Positions 10,819 to 20,024 of a DNA stretch of 64,000 nucleotides are shown here, piece after piece. A model generated the notes under the pieces. It was given only the letters and a program-made list of their open reading frames with translations, was not told the origin of the DNA and made no database searches. The first letter of the stretch is position 1; each line of letters begins with the position of its first letter. The stretch is taken from positions 233,259 to 297,258 of IMG/VR virus record IMGVR_UViG_3300023184_000026; one strand, 5' to 3'. Made by a program: the position numbers and the translations under genes.

Positions 10819-13800
10819 ATGATAAAGCAGTTCTCCGCAGGAGATATCACAGTAAGACCATTTAAGACTTTCAAACACTGGAGCGTTCAGAGTGTACATC
10901 TTGGTCATAAGGATGCATATGGATTTAATACTTATTATGATAATCTGTGTGAAGTTAATGAGGGAATAAAAAATACTTCCATATTTTATCCATCTGGGAG
11001 TTCATATTATACAGCGTCAGTTGAATTGATTAATCCATCTGGAAAATATGCCAGAAATATATACAGCCTCACAGACTCCATGTTTTATCGCAACAAGAAA
11101 AATTTTATGGAGTTGTTTGGTGTTGAAAGTATTGTAACGGACACGGCAACTGGAAAAAAGGAAGTAAGAAATATACACGATAGAGTTGTTACTTTGGCAC
11201 TAAATCAAACAAATTTTGGTGAAAAAATAAGACCGGAAACCGTTGAAATAGTGGACAATTCCAATCCACATGCCACATATATCATCAAAGATGATGGATA
11301 TACCAATCTTTATATCACGGGATCACATTTTTCTGAATACACATATTTGAGTGCAATGAGGAACATATATCCTCGACCGTATTGGAACACTTCAAGTGGG
11401 GAATTTCATTTGAATTTATTAGACGGAGAATCCAAGCATATAGATGTTGATACCGCAAAAGAATATCTTAAACTTGGCATGAATGTTTCGTATACCGGTA
11501 CATCCGATTATTTATACGATTCAAGTTCGTTGGTTGATACATTTCAATCGGATAATGAACATTTTGGAGAAGCAGTTAGCTCGTGGTATAAATATGTTGT
11601 GGCCGGTTCATCTATAGACAAATATAATTTGAATACGGGAAGTCAAGGCTATGCGGCCATATTCAAATATGATGATAATTTGGGAATTCACAGACCAATA
11701 AAGAAATTTACATCGCCGTTGAGAGACGTTGGATTCTTGCAAGACTTTGATATAGACAAGACATTTCCATACACTGTGGAGAATTTGCAAAATAGTGGTT
11801 CGTATTTTACTGACACATTTGGACAGTCTGTGTCTGTCCGTGATAACTTTTTGGCAGTTGGGTCATCGTCCGGTTCAATATGTTTTCCAACCGGTTCATA
11901 TCCAGGATATGTGTTTGTGTATGATAAATACAAAGGCGGAACCGATAATTGGGGGTTGATAAATATTATACAAGGAAATTCAAATGGAGATAATTTTGGT
12001 AAATCGGTTTCATTGGACAGAGATACCCTCGCCATAGGCGCACCGGGAGTCAGCGGTTCGGGTGCCGTGTATATCTTCAGACGAAAACAATACATGAGCG
12101 GTGGATGCGATGCAATTGAAACAAGTTCGTTTTGGCAAACATTATCTCCGGAAACGGACTTGTGCGACGAAATTATATCAGAATCCGGTTCTTTGATTAT
12201 ATACAGCGAAAGACCAATTCCTTGGACATACTCGTCGATGGCATATACAAGTTCAAGCATCGAACTTTTAAGCGGATCAATGTCGGCATCTTATGATCCA
12301 AATTCTACGGATACAAGAAGAGTATCAAGTTCATATTATCGAGTCGAAAATGGCGCTTGGTCTGGAAGTTATAGTTGGGAATATGAAGCCATCCTCACTT
12401 CCAGTGTTTTATCACTGGGAGACAACTTTGGATGGTGCGTTGCACTTGATTCTGGCAGCTTGTTTGTTGGAACAAACAAGACCGGAAATGGATATGCAAC
12501 ATTGTTTACATGCTCTTATTACTCATCTTCCGTCGGCGATTGTCCAACGGCTTCTTGGGGAGAAGCAAAAACATTCAGAAGAGATGGTACATATGGTGAC
12601 TTGGATATGTCTTCTCAATTCTATTCAATTGACGTGACGGGTGTATCAATATCGGACGATGGATTTGGTACGTCGGTTGCGATTGGTGGAAAAAACCTTG
12701 TAATTGGATGTCTTCGCGACAAGGCATTTATTCCATATGCGTCATATACAGGATCACCGACCAGTCTGGGTTCTGCGTATTTTTATAGAAATGACTATCG
12801 CTGCGGTTCTCTGGGATATTGGCAAGTGTTGAAAACATTTGGCGATAGAAAATATCAGTATAATAATAATTTTGGGAAATCCGTGTCTCTGGGAGGATTA
12901 TATAGCGCGATCACTTCTTGGTCCGACAAAGTTGGAAGAAATGTTGATTACTTCAATGGTGAATATATCATAGACGATTTATTATACCAAGCAAGTTCAT
13001 CGGATGATCCAAATGGAGTGCTGGGTAGAGTTGCCATATACAAATACAGTGATGTAAATGAAACATGGCAATTGACAGAAACCATACGACGCAACAAAGA
13101 AGCAAATAAGCCATCAAATATTTATGGATATTCAGTTTGCTTATGCTCAGATTTCATGGTTGTGGGTGCGCCGGTTGTTCATTTTGCAACTGCGAGTGCC
13201 ACGGCTTCGGTGTACGATCCAAACAACCTTGTTGATTTTCCGGCAAATTGCTCCGGTTCTGTGTATGTTTACAACGTCACAAATCTTGAGGACAATCCGC
13301 TTATAGGAAATGTATTTTACAAAAATGGATATTTTGCACTTACTCACACGGGATCAAATTATCGCGATATATTTACAAAAACCGGATCGGGTGGGTTTGA
13401 CCTAACGTATCAAGGATCACATACAATCTATGAACACGAATATCTGACATCTATTCGACCGGGCGAATTTAATTATAGTACAAATCCAACATCATTGGTA
13501 AAAACTCCATTAATGTTTGACGTAAACCAAGATGGTGTGTTTGATTTTCTTGACGTTGATTTGATAATGAGATTTTTTCAAAAAAGAAAATTCTTTGAAG
13601 AATTTATTTTCGACGATAATGGTGTAGTACTTGAACAAAGTTCAAACGCTGATAATAGTTGGTGGGGAGATGATATTCTACAACTTGAATCCGAAGACGT
13701 ACTGCTTCAGGAACAAACAGGCAGTGCAGCTTATATTGCAAGTTCTTCATTCAATGCTTTCACAAAAACTGCATATGACTATATTCAGAGCAATCTTATT

Positions 13801-14181
13801 GACACGGAATTGCTTGATATAGATGGTGACGGTAAAATCAACATGAATGATGCGAACATACTTGCATTATATTATTTAGAACGACTTGTTCCACAAAATC
13901 TGATACCTTTATTATCACCGGCCTCAACAAGAAAATATGTAAGGGATATAAATGATTATCTCAATCCATATTGCCATACTGATATTCACAAGGTCAATCC
14001 ACATTTCTTGGAATATGAATATAGTTCATCATATGATCCCACCGGTTCATATCTGGCACCATTTATAACAACTGTTGGATTATATGATGGAAATGAGCTT
14101 GTGGCGGTTGGAAAATTGGGCAGACCTGTTAAAAATTTAATAGATTGGCCCGTTAATATCATTGTTCGTTTTGATACATGA
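10819..14181 (+). CDS. Virion protein with seven FG-GAP repeats (beta-propeller) and two dockerin/EF-hand-like Ca-binding loops
   Basis: Seven F/Y-G-x-[SAC]-V repeats (EHFGEAVS, DTFGQSVS, DNFGKSVS..AIGAP, DNFGWCVA, DGFGTSVA, NNFGKSVS, NIYGYSVC..VVGAP); DVNQDGVFDFLD and DIDGDGKINMND loops. Confidence 0.7.
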   Translation: MIKQFSAGDITVRPFKTFKHWSVQSVHLGHKDAYGFNTYYDNLCEVNEGIKNTSIFYPSGSSYYTASVELINPSGKYARNIYSLTDSMFYRNKKNFMELFGVESIVTDTATGKKEVRNIHDRVVTLALNQTNFGEKIRPETVEIVDNSNPHATYIIKDDGYTNLYITGSHFSEYTYLSAMRNIYPRPYWNTSSGEFHLNLLDGESKHIDVDTAKEYLKLGMNVSYTGTSDYLYDSSSLVDTFQSDNEHFGEAVSSWYKYVVAGSSIDKYNLNTGSQGYAAIFKYDDNLGIHRPIKKFTSPLRDVGFLQDFDIDKTFPYTVENLQNSGSYFTDTFGQSVSVRDNFLAVGSSSGSICFPTGSYPGYVFVYDKYKGGTDNWGLINIIQGNSNGDNFGKSVSLDRDTLAIGAPGVSGSGAVYIFRRKQYMSGGCDAIETSSFWQTLSPETDLCDEIISESGSLIIYSERPIPWTYSSMAYTSSSIELLSGSMSASYDPNSTDTRRVSSSYYRVENGAWSGSYSWEYEAILTSSVLSLGDNFGWCVALDSGSLFVGTNKTGNGYATLFTCSYYSSSVGDCPTASWGEAKTFRRDGTYGDLDMSSQFYSIDVTGVSISDDGFGTSVAIGGKNLVIGCLRDKAFIPYASYTGSPTSLGSAYFYRNDYRCGSLGYWQVLKTFGDRKYQYNNNFGKSVSLGGLYSAITSWSDKVGRNVDYFNGEYIIDDLLYQASSSDDPNGVLGRVAIYKYSDVNETWQLTETIRRNKEANKPSNIYGYSVCLCSDFMVVGAPVVHFATASATASVYDPNNLVDFPANCSGSVYVYNVTNLEDNPLIGNVFYKNGYFALTHTGSNYRDIFTKTGSGGFDLTYQGSHTIYEHEYLTSIRPGEFNYSTNPTSLVKTPLMFDVNQDGVFDFLDVDLIMRFFQKRKFFEEFIFDDNGVVLEQSSNADNSWWGDDILQLESEDVLLQEQTGSAAYIASSSFNAFTKTAYDYIQSNLIDTELLDIDGDGKINMNDANILALYYLERLVPQNLIPLLSPASTRKYVRDINDYLNPYCHTDIHKVNPHFLEYEYSSSYDPTGSYLAPFITTVGLYDGNELVAVGKLGRPVKNLIDWPVNIIVRFDT

Positions 14182-14186
14182 CATTA

Positions 14187-14194
14187 TATTTATA
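14187..14194 (+). promoter_or_regulatory. TATTTATA putative late-promoter motif
   Basis: 24 nt before ATG 14219. Confidence 0.55.
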
Positions 14195-14218
14195 ATAAAC
14201 AAATAGGAGAATATCATT

Positions 14219-14545
14219 ATGCCAGAAATACTAGGACCAACGCCAAGACCATCATCAACAGAATCGCTGCTTGATCTATATAAAAATATTCGCACCAGTC
14301 AACCATTTGGTATACGCTCACATCTTACACGAAATACTATAAACAGTATGGCTTGGGGTCTGGGCAAACAGGCAGGTGCTCCAAATTATATGACAACACG
14401 TCGTAATGCAGATACGCAGTATGAACGCACATTCCAGCCAAGTCAATTTTTAGTATATGCTCCACTAAGAGTCACATCATTCAATGGATATTCACTGAAA
14501 TATGCTCAAAATGCATACAATCACGATAATCGTAATTATTATTAA
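14219..14545 (+). CDS. Hypothetical protein
   Basis: 108-aa ORF preceded by TATTTATA (14187) and an AGGAGA Shine-Dalgarno-like site. Confidence 0.65.
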   Translation: MPEILGPTPRPSSTESLLDLYKNIRTSQPFGIRSHLTRNTINSMAWGLGKQAGAPNYMTTRRNADTQYERTFQPSQFLVYAPLRVTSFNGYSLKYAQNAYNHDNRNYY

Positions 14546-14565
14546 TTAAAATAAAAAAAGGTTAT

Positions 14566-15057
14566 ATGAAAGTATTGGGATTGGATTTATCCACCACAAC
14601 TTGTGGTTGGGCTGTAGCAGAAAATAAGATTATTATTGGTGCTGGATTTGTTGATATTTCTGATGTGATTGAGTATGCTGCCAAAGCAGAACTTATTATA
14701 ACTGCTTTAAAAGGTCAAACTTTTGAGAAAATAATGATTGAAGAAAGCTTGTTTGGATTTGCTGGCGGAGGCACTTCGCAGCAAGTTATAATCAAACTTG
14801 TGAAAAACAAGGCAGTTGTTGGTTATATCTTAGAAAACCATTATAAATTGAAAGTAGAAAGCATACATGCTCAAACAGCACGAAAGAAAGCATTTGGAAT
14901 TGCAAGAATCAAAGGAATAAAGTCAAAAGTGTTTGTAAAAGAGCAAGTTGAGAAACTATATGACATGAAGCCTTGGACTATTCTTAATAAAAAGGGCAAT
15001 GAAGAAAAAAGAATGGAGGACGTAAGAGACGCTATAGTATTAAGTTTAGCGGGTTGA
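14566..15057 (+). CDS. ruvC: RuvC-like Holliday junction resolvase
   Basis: MKVLGLDLSTTTCGWAV, IMIEE and C-terminal EDVRDAIVL give the RNase H-fold D/E/D/D catalytic pattern. Confidence 0.8.
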   Translation: MKVLGLDLSTTTCGWAVAENKIIIGAGFVDISDVIEYAAKAELIITALKGQTFEKIMIEESLFGFAGGGTSQQVIIKLVKNKAVVGYILENHYKLKVESIHAQTARKKAFGIARIKGIKSKVFVKEQVEKLYDMKPWTILNKKGNEEKRMEDVRDAIVLSLAG

Positions 15058-15128
15058 TATATATTTCGTTTTTTTTTGATATTATCATATACTTATTGAT
15101 ATAAGATTTAACAGATAAACATAATATT

Positions 15129-15695
15129 ATGAAAAGAAGCGAACTAAAACAATTGATCAGAGAAACGATTGAAGAGCAAATGATCCAAGAATCAGAAGCC
15201 GTTGACAACTTGATAAAACATATCCAAGCATTGTCAAAAGAAGAACAGGGAATTCTTCAAAATAAATTGACCAACTTGTTCAAAACATCAAAGTCTGGTT
15301 CCTTGCAGGACGCATATAATGAGCTTGCAAAAAATGGTAAGATAGTTATCATGCGCAGCGAAAAAAATAGAAATCAATTGATGGGATTTTTACAGTATAA
15401 AGATCAATTTTTGAACGACGAAAAATGCATAACCAGTAAAGAATACGTAAAATATAATGCAAACGCATTTGCAGAAGAATATCCAAACCTTGCGTTTGCG
15501 TTTAAAAATAATCCAGAATTGATGATTCCGTCGGTAGGTCTTGATGACGAAAGAGTTCCCAGCCCGCTCAGAGGACATGGCACTTCTATGAAAGACCAAA
15601 TAAGGGGTATCACGGGGTCTTGGAAAAAAAGACTTGGTGGGGCAGACATAAAAGTGGAACTTGATAAAAATCTTGAGCGCGACATGCCGAAGTAA
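15129..15695 (+). CDS. Hypothetical protein with putative capsid-targeting leader
   Basis: N-terminus MKRSELKQLIRETIEE is nearly identical to that of 41129-41440 (MTKSQLKQLIRETIND); followed by its own terminator. Confidence 0.6.
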   Translation: MKRSELKQLIRETIEEQMIQESEAVDNLIKHIQALSKEEQGILQNKLTNLFKTSKSGSLQDAYNELAKNGKIVIMRSEKNRNQLMGFLQYKDQFLNDEKCITSKEYVKYNANAFAEEYPNLAFAFKNNPELMIPSVGLDDERVPSPLRGHGTSMKDQIRGITGSWKKRLGGADIKVELDKNLERDMPK

Positions 15696-15737
15696 AAGCG
15701 CCGATATTATAACTTCTTAACAGCATTATCGGTTCAT

Positions 15738-15765
15738 AAACCCGCCAAAATACGGCGGGTTTTTT
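15738..15765 (+). terminator. Rho-independent terminator
   Basis: AAACCCGCC-AAAATAC-GGCGGGTTT stem-loop followed by a T run, downstream of 15129-15695. Confidence 0.85.
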
Positions 15766-15770
15766 ATTGG

Positions 15771-15798
15771 TTGACTGATTGAATGTTTTGTGTATAGT
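15771..15798 (+). promoter_or_regulatory. Sigma70-like promoter for the primase/Mre11-Rad50 operon
   Basis: TTGACT (15771-15776), 16-nt spacer, TATAGT (15793-15798); right after a terminator and 10 nt before the primase ATG. Confidence 0.6.
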
Positions 15799-15808
15799 GA
15801 CTATGTAA

Positions 15809-16780
15809 ATGTCGTCGCTAAAAACATCAGAACTCACAATTTTAGTAAATAATGTTCTAAAAGACACAGGACGACTGCGTAAAGGAAATAATTTACAATA
15901 TCATTGTCCAAAATGTCATCATCGCAAGCGAAAATTGGAAGTGTGTCTTGATGCTCCAAATGCTTGGCATTGTTGGACATGTAATATAAAAGGCAGAGGA
16001 TTATATTGGTTGTTGAAACTTGCACAAGCCACGCAAGAACAGTTCAACAAGTTGGAATCTCTTGTAGGAGCACATGTTTCTAAAAATAGTTTATCAGAGT
16101 TTGATAAAAAAATTGCGTCACTAACTTCAAATAAAGTATATGAAGATTATAGTGAAATATTATGTTTGCCAGATGAGTTTAAAAGTTTGGCGGAAAATGA
16201 TGCTAGTATAGAATATCGCATTGCATTGAACTATGCAAAAAAACGCAAACTATCATTTTGTGATATTATAAAATACAACATTGGATATTGCAGCAAAGGA
16301 CCATTTGCCAATCGTATTGTATTTCCGTCATATGATAAAAACAATAACTTAAACTTTTATAGTTGTCGCAGTTATTATGATGATGGTTACAAATACAAAA
16401 ACAGCGAGTTTAGTAAAAATATTGTAGGATTTGAAAACCTTGTTGATTTTGATTTTCCAATTTATTTATGCGAGGGTGCTTTGGATGCCATCTCAATAAA
16501 AAGAAATGCAATTCCACTTTTTGGAAAAACTTTGAGCGCAAAACTAAAAGCAACAATTGTACAAAGCAAATGTCCAGAAGTGAATATTGTGTTGGATGAT
16601 GATGCATTGAATAATGCAATTCGCATCGCAGAATATATAAACTCTATTGGTAAAGTATCCAAGTTGATACAACTGCAAGGCAAAGATCCAAATGTTTTGG
16701 GTTTTGCTGCAACAATGGAAAAGATTAGAAAAACAGATGTGCTTGACTTTAGAGCACTGACCATGCTAAGATTGGAATAA
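15809..16780 (+). CDS. dnaG: DNA primase (Zn finger + TOPRIM)
   Basis: CPKCHH...HCWTC zinc-binding domain; LCEGALDAISI and VLDDDA TOPRIM motifs. Confidence 0.88.
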   Translation: MSSLKTSELTILVNNVLKDTGRLRKGNNLQYHCPKCHHRKRKLEVCLDAPNAWHCWTCNIKGRGLYWLLKLAQATQEQFNKLESLVGAHVSKNSLSEFDKKIASLTSNKVYEDYSEILCLPDEFKSLAENDASIEYRIALNYAKKRKLSFCDIIKYNIGYCSKGPFANRIVFPSYDKNNNLNFYSCRSYYDDGYKYKNSEFSKNIVGFENLVDFDFPIYLCEGALDAISIKRNAIPLFGKTLSAKLKATIVQSKCPEVNIVLDDDALNNAIRIAEYINSIGKVSKLIQLQGKDPNVLGFAATMEKIRKTDVLDFRALTMLRLE

Positions 16781-16783
16781 CAT

Positions 16784-19700
16784 ATGATAGATACATACGA
16801 AAAACTGAATACATCCCTTACTCGCGTAGATTATATTGTTCATGTATCCGACATTCATATTCGATTGACCAAACGGCATGTAGAATATAGAGAAGTGTTT
16901 GCCAAACTATATGAAGAAATCAAAAAGACACCAGCAAACACAATCATTATAAATACAGGAGATAGTTTTCATTCAAAATGTGACCTTTCACCCGAGGCTG
17001 TGCAGATTGCAAGTGAGTTCTTCAAGGGTTTGTCTGATTTGCGTCCTACGATTGTTATTGCTGGTAATCATGATTGTTTGCTCACAAACACAACGAGATT
17101 AGATAGTTTGACTCCTATTGTAGATAATCTGGCACATGACAATCTTTATTATCTAAAAGAAAGCAAGTTGTATTCATTTGCTAATATTCTTATAAATAAC
17201 ATGTCTATTTTCACTGACCATACTTCATTCATAAAAATGAAAGATGTGACCAAGAAAATCAAGACAGAGTTTGATACAAAGATTGCTTTATTTCATGGTG
17301 GTGTATTTGACGCCAAGACTGATGTAGGTTATACTGTGACCAACAAGAGTATCATGAATGATATGTTTGATGGTCATGACATGGCACTGCTTGGAGATAT
17401 ACACATGGCACAAAATCTGCAAATGTATGATCCGGCAGCAGAAAAGCCAATCATTCGTTATGCTGGTTCGTGCATACAACAAAATCACGGCGAAGCATTG
17501 CTTGGCCACGGTATTTGTTTGTGGGACGTAAAGAACAAAGCATACAAGCATGTAGAAATACCAAATGATTATGGTTATTTTACTATTGATATTGATGACG
17601 GCAAGTTGATGACTGATATAATCACAATGCCCAAGAAGCCAAAACTTCGTGTGCGTTGCAAAGAAACCATTGCTACTGAACTAAAAAAGGTAGTAAATGA
17701 AATCAAAAAGACGCATGAAATCAGCGATATTATTTATATGCGAGTTGATGGCGATGACGCTTCTAAAGTCGTAAGTGTTCAAGCTGCTGCCAACTTGAGT
17801 CAGATTGGCAATGTTGATTATCAAAATAAACTTATTAGTGAAGCACTCAAAGCTAAATATCCAGATATTATGGATGATGACACACTTGAGTCTGTTCATA
17901 AAATCAATAAAGAACTCAATGCGGATTTGAGCAAAGATGATGCTTCACGCAACATTCGTTGGAAGCCAATCAAGTTTGAGTTTAGCAATATGTTTAGTTA
18001 TGGTGAAAACAATGTTATTGACTTTACCAAACTAGAATCTGTGTATGGATTGTTCGCAAATAATGCGAGCGGAAAATCATCATTGATGGACGCATTATGC
18101 TTTACAGCATTTGATAAAAGTGCCAGAGCATTCAAAGCAACTCATGTGATGAACTCACAAAAAATGTCTTTTCATGGCAAGTTTACATTTGAGATAAATG
18201 ACATACAATATGTTATTGAGCGCAAAGGCATCAGAGATAAAAAGGGCAATGTCAAAGTTGATGTAAACTTCTATAAGATGGAGAAAGAAGAAAAGATTAG
18301 CCTCAATAGTGAAGCTCGCAGAAGCACAAACGAAATCATTCGTGATTATATCGGCGATTATGATGACTTTGTACTCACTTCTCTTGCATTACAAGGAAAT
18401 CAAGGGTCGTTTGTTGAAATGGGTCAAACTGAACGCAAGGATTTGTTGTGTCAGTTCATTGGTCTGAATGTGTTTGATAAACTTGTGGCCAAGGGCAATG
18501 ACAAACTAAAAGAACTAACAGGTGCTATCAAGTCATTCAACAAAGAAAACAATCAAGTCAAGATTGAGTCCAATAAAAATGATTTGGGATTGGCAGAGTC
18601 CAAACTTATTGATTTGACTGGTCAACGCGATCAATATTCATCAAAAAAGAATGAACTTGATAATAAAATCGTTGAACAACAAGCCAAGATTATAAAACTT
18701 GAAAATGTGCCAACAAATGTATTTGCTCTAAAAAAAGAGCGCGAAACTTTAGAAACAAAAAATAGTCAAGCTGTTGATGCCATTTCAGTTATTGACACAA
18801 ACACAGAGTCAAAGAAAAAAGAATATGTGGATGCGTCTAATAAACTATCTGCATTTCCAGATGATCTAAAAGAAAAATCAGACAAGCATGCAAGTTTTGT
18901 TCGTCAAAAAACTCGTCTTGAGCAAGAATTGGAAAAATTTAAGCTCGTGGTCAAAGAAAAACTCAAGAAGATAGAACATCTATCCAACCACAAATATGAT
19001 CCAAATTGTGAATATTGCTGTGATAATGCGTTTGTAAAAGATGCTATATCTGCAAAAAATAGTTTGGAATCCGACAAAACTGATGCAAGAGAATTGTTTG
19101 ACGCCATATCAACCATAAAAACACAGATTATAGAAGTTGAACCATTTGTAGCTCAATATGAACAAAGTGTGCTGCTCAAAGAAACTATCAATACACTCAC
19201 AGCATTCATTTCCAAGAAAGAATTGGAAAAGTCTAATCTCAATAATTTAATTTCTAAAAACTCTAATAGAATAGTTGATATTGACAATCTGGTTGAGTTG
19301 TATGAAAAATCCAAAGAAATTGTAGAAAGCAACAAGATTGTTGAGGTTGTTTTATCCAAACTAAAGGATGAAAATACTGTCATTGTGTCAAAGCTAAAGA
19401 ATATTGAGCGAGAATATGTGGATGCGTATAGCCGCAAAGTGTCATTGACAGACCAAATAAAAAACATCGAAGAACAAATCAAGAAAATAGAAGAGCATGA
19501 AAACGAACTTGCTGCTTATCAATATTATCTAACTTCTATTGGAAAAGACGGCGTGCCATATAAAATTATTTCGGACGCCATTCCAAGAATTGAGCAAGAA
19601 GTAAATAATATATTGTCTCAGATGGTTGAGTTTAGTATGGGTATTGAAACAGATGGTAAGAATGTCAATGTATATATCAAATATGATGACAAAAAATGGC

Positions 19701-19990
19701 CATTGGAACTATGTTCTGGTATGGAAAAGTTTGTTAGTGCTTTGGCTTTACGAGTATCTTTGATCAACATCAGCAATCTACCGCGTTCCAACTTTTTGGT
19801 AGTTGACGAAGGAATGTCGGCTTTGGATGCGTCAAATCTTCCTATGCTACATACATTGTTTGACTATCTAAAGAGCAGCTTCGATTTCATTATTATAATA
19901 AGTCATCTTGATGCCATGAGAGACATGGTAGACAAACAACTGGAAATCAAAAAAGAAAACGGTTTTAGCAAGATTGATAACAGCGTCTAA
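16784..19990 (+). CDS. Fused Mre11/SbcD nuclease - Rad50/SbcC ATPase (gp47-gp46-like in one chain)
   Basis: Phosphoesterase motifs VHVSDIH, GDSFH, GNHD, FHG, GDIH; then Walker A ANNASGKSS, coiled coil with CEYCC zinc hook (~19007), CSGME signature, Walker B FLVVDEG, IISH; no stop between the halves. Confidence 0.9.
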   Translation: MIDTYEKLNTSLTRVDYIVHVSDIHIRLTKRHVEYREVFAKLYEEIKKTPANTIIINTGDSFHSKCDLSPEAVQIASEFFKGLSDLRPTIVIAGNHDCLLTNTTRLDSLTPIVDNLAHDNLYYLKESKLYSFANILINNMSIFTDHTSFIKMKDVTKKIKTEFDTKIALFHGGVFDAKTDVGYTVTNKSIMNDMFDGHDMALLGDIHMAQNLQMYDPAAEKPIIRYAGSCIQQNHGEALLGHGICLWDVKNKAYKHVEIPNDYGYFTIDIDDGKLMTDIITMPKKPKLRVRCKETIATELKKVVNEIKKTHEISDIIYMRVDGDDASKVVSVQAAANLSQIGNVDYQNKLISEALKAKYPDIMDDDTLESVHKINKELNADLSKDDASRNIRWKPIKFEFSNMFSYGENNVIDFTKLESVYGLFANNASGKSSLMDALCFTAFDKSARAFKATHVMNSQKMSFHGKFTFEINDIQYVIERKGIRDKKGNVKVDVNFYKMEKEEKISLNSEARRSTNEIIRDYIGDYDDFVLTSLALQGNQGSFVEMGQTERKDLLCQFIGLNVFDKLVAKGNDKLKELTGAIKSFNKENNQVKIESNKNDLGLAESKLIDLTGQRDQYSSKKNELDNKIVEQQAKIIKLENVPTNVFALKKERETLETKNSQAVDAISVIDTNTESKKKEYVDASNKLSAFPDDLKEKSDKHASFVRQKTRLEQELEKFKLVVKEKLKKIEHLSNHKYDPNCEYCCDNAFVKDAISAKNSLESDKTDARELFDAISTIKTQIIEVEPFVAQYEQSVLLKETINTLTAFISKKELEKSNLNNLISKNSNRIVDIDNLVELYEKSKEIVESNKIVEVVLSKLKDENTVIVSKLKNIEREYVDAYSRKVSLTDQIKNIEEQIKKIEEHENELAAYQYYLTSIGKDGVPYKIISDAIPRIEQEVNNILSQMVEFSMGIETDGKNVNVYIKYDDKKWPLELCSGMEKFVSALALRVSLINISNLPRSNFLVVDEGMSALDASNLPMLHTLFDYLKSSFDFIIIISHLDAMRDMVDKQLEIKKENGFSKIDNSV

Positions 19991-19994
19991 GTCA

Positions 19995-20002
19995 TATTTA
20001 TA
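19995..20002 (+). promoter_or_regulatory. TATTTATA putative late-promoter motif
   Basis: 22 nt before ATG 20025. Confidence 0.55.
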
Positions 20003-20024
20003 GCCATAGGCGTATATATAACCT

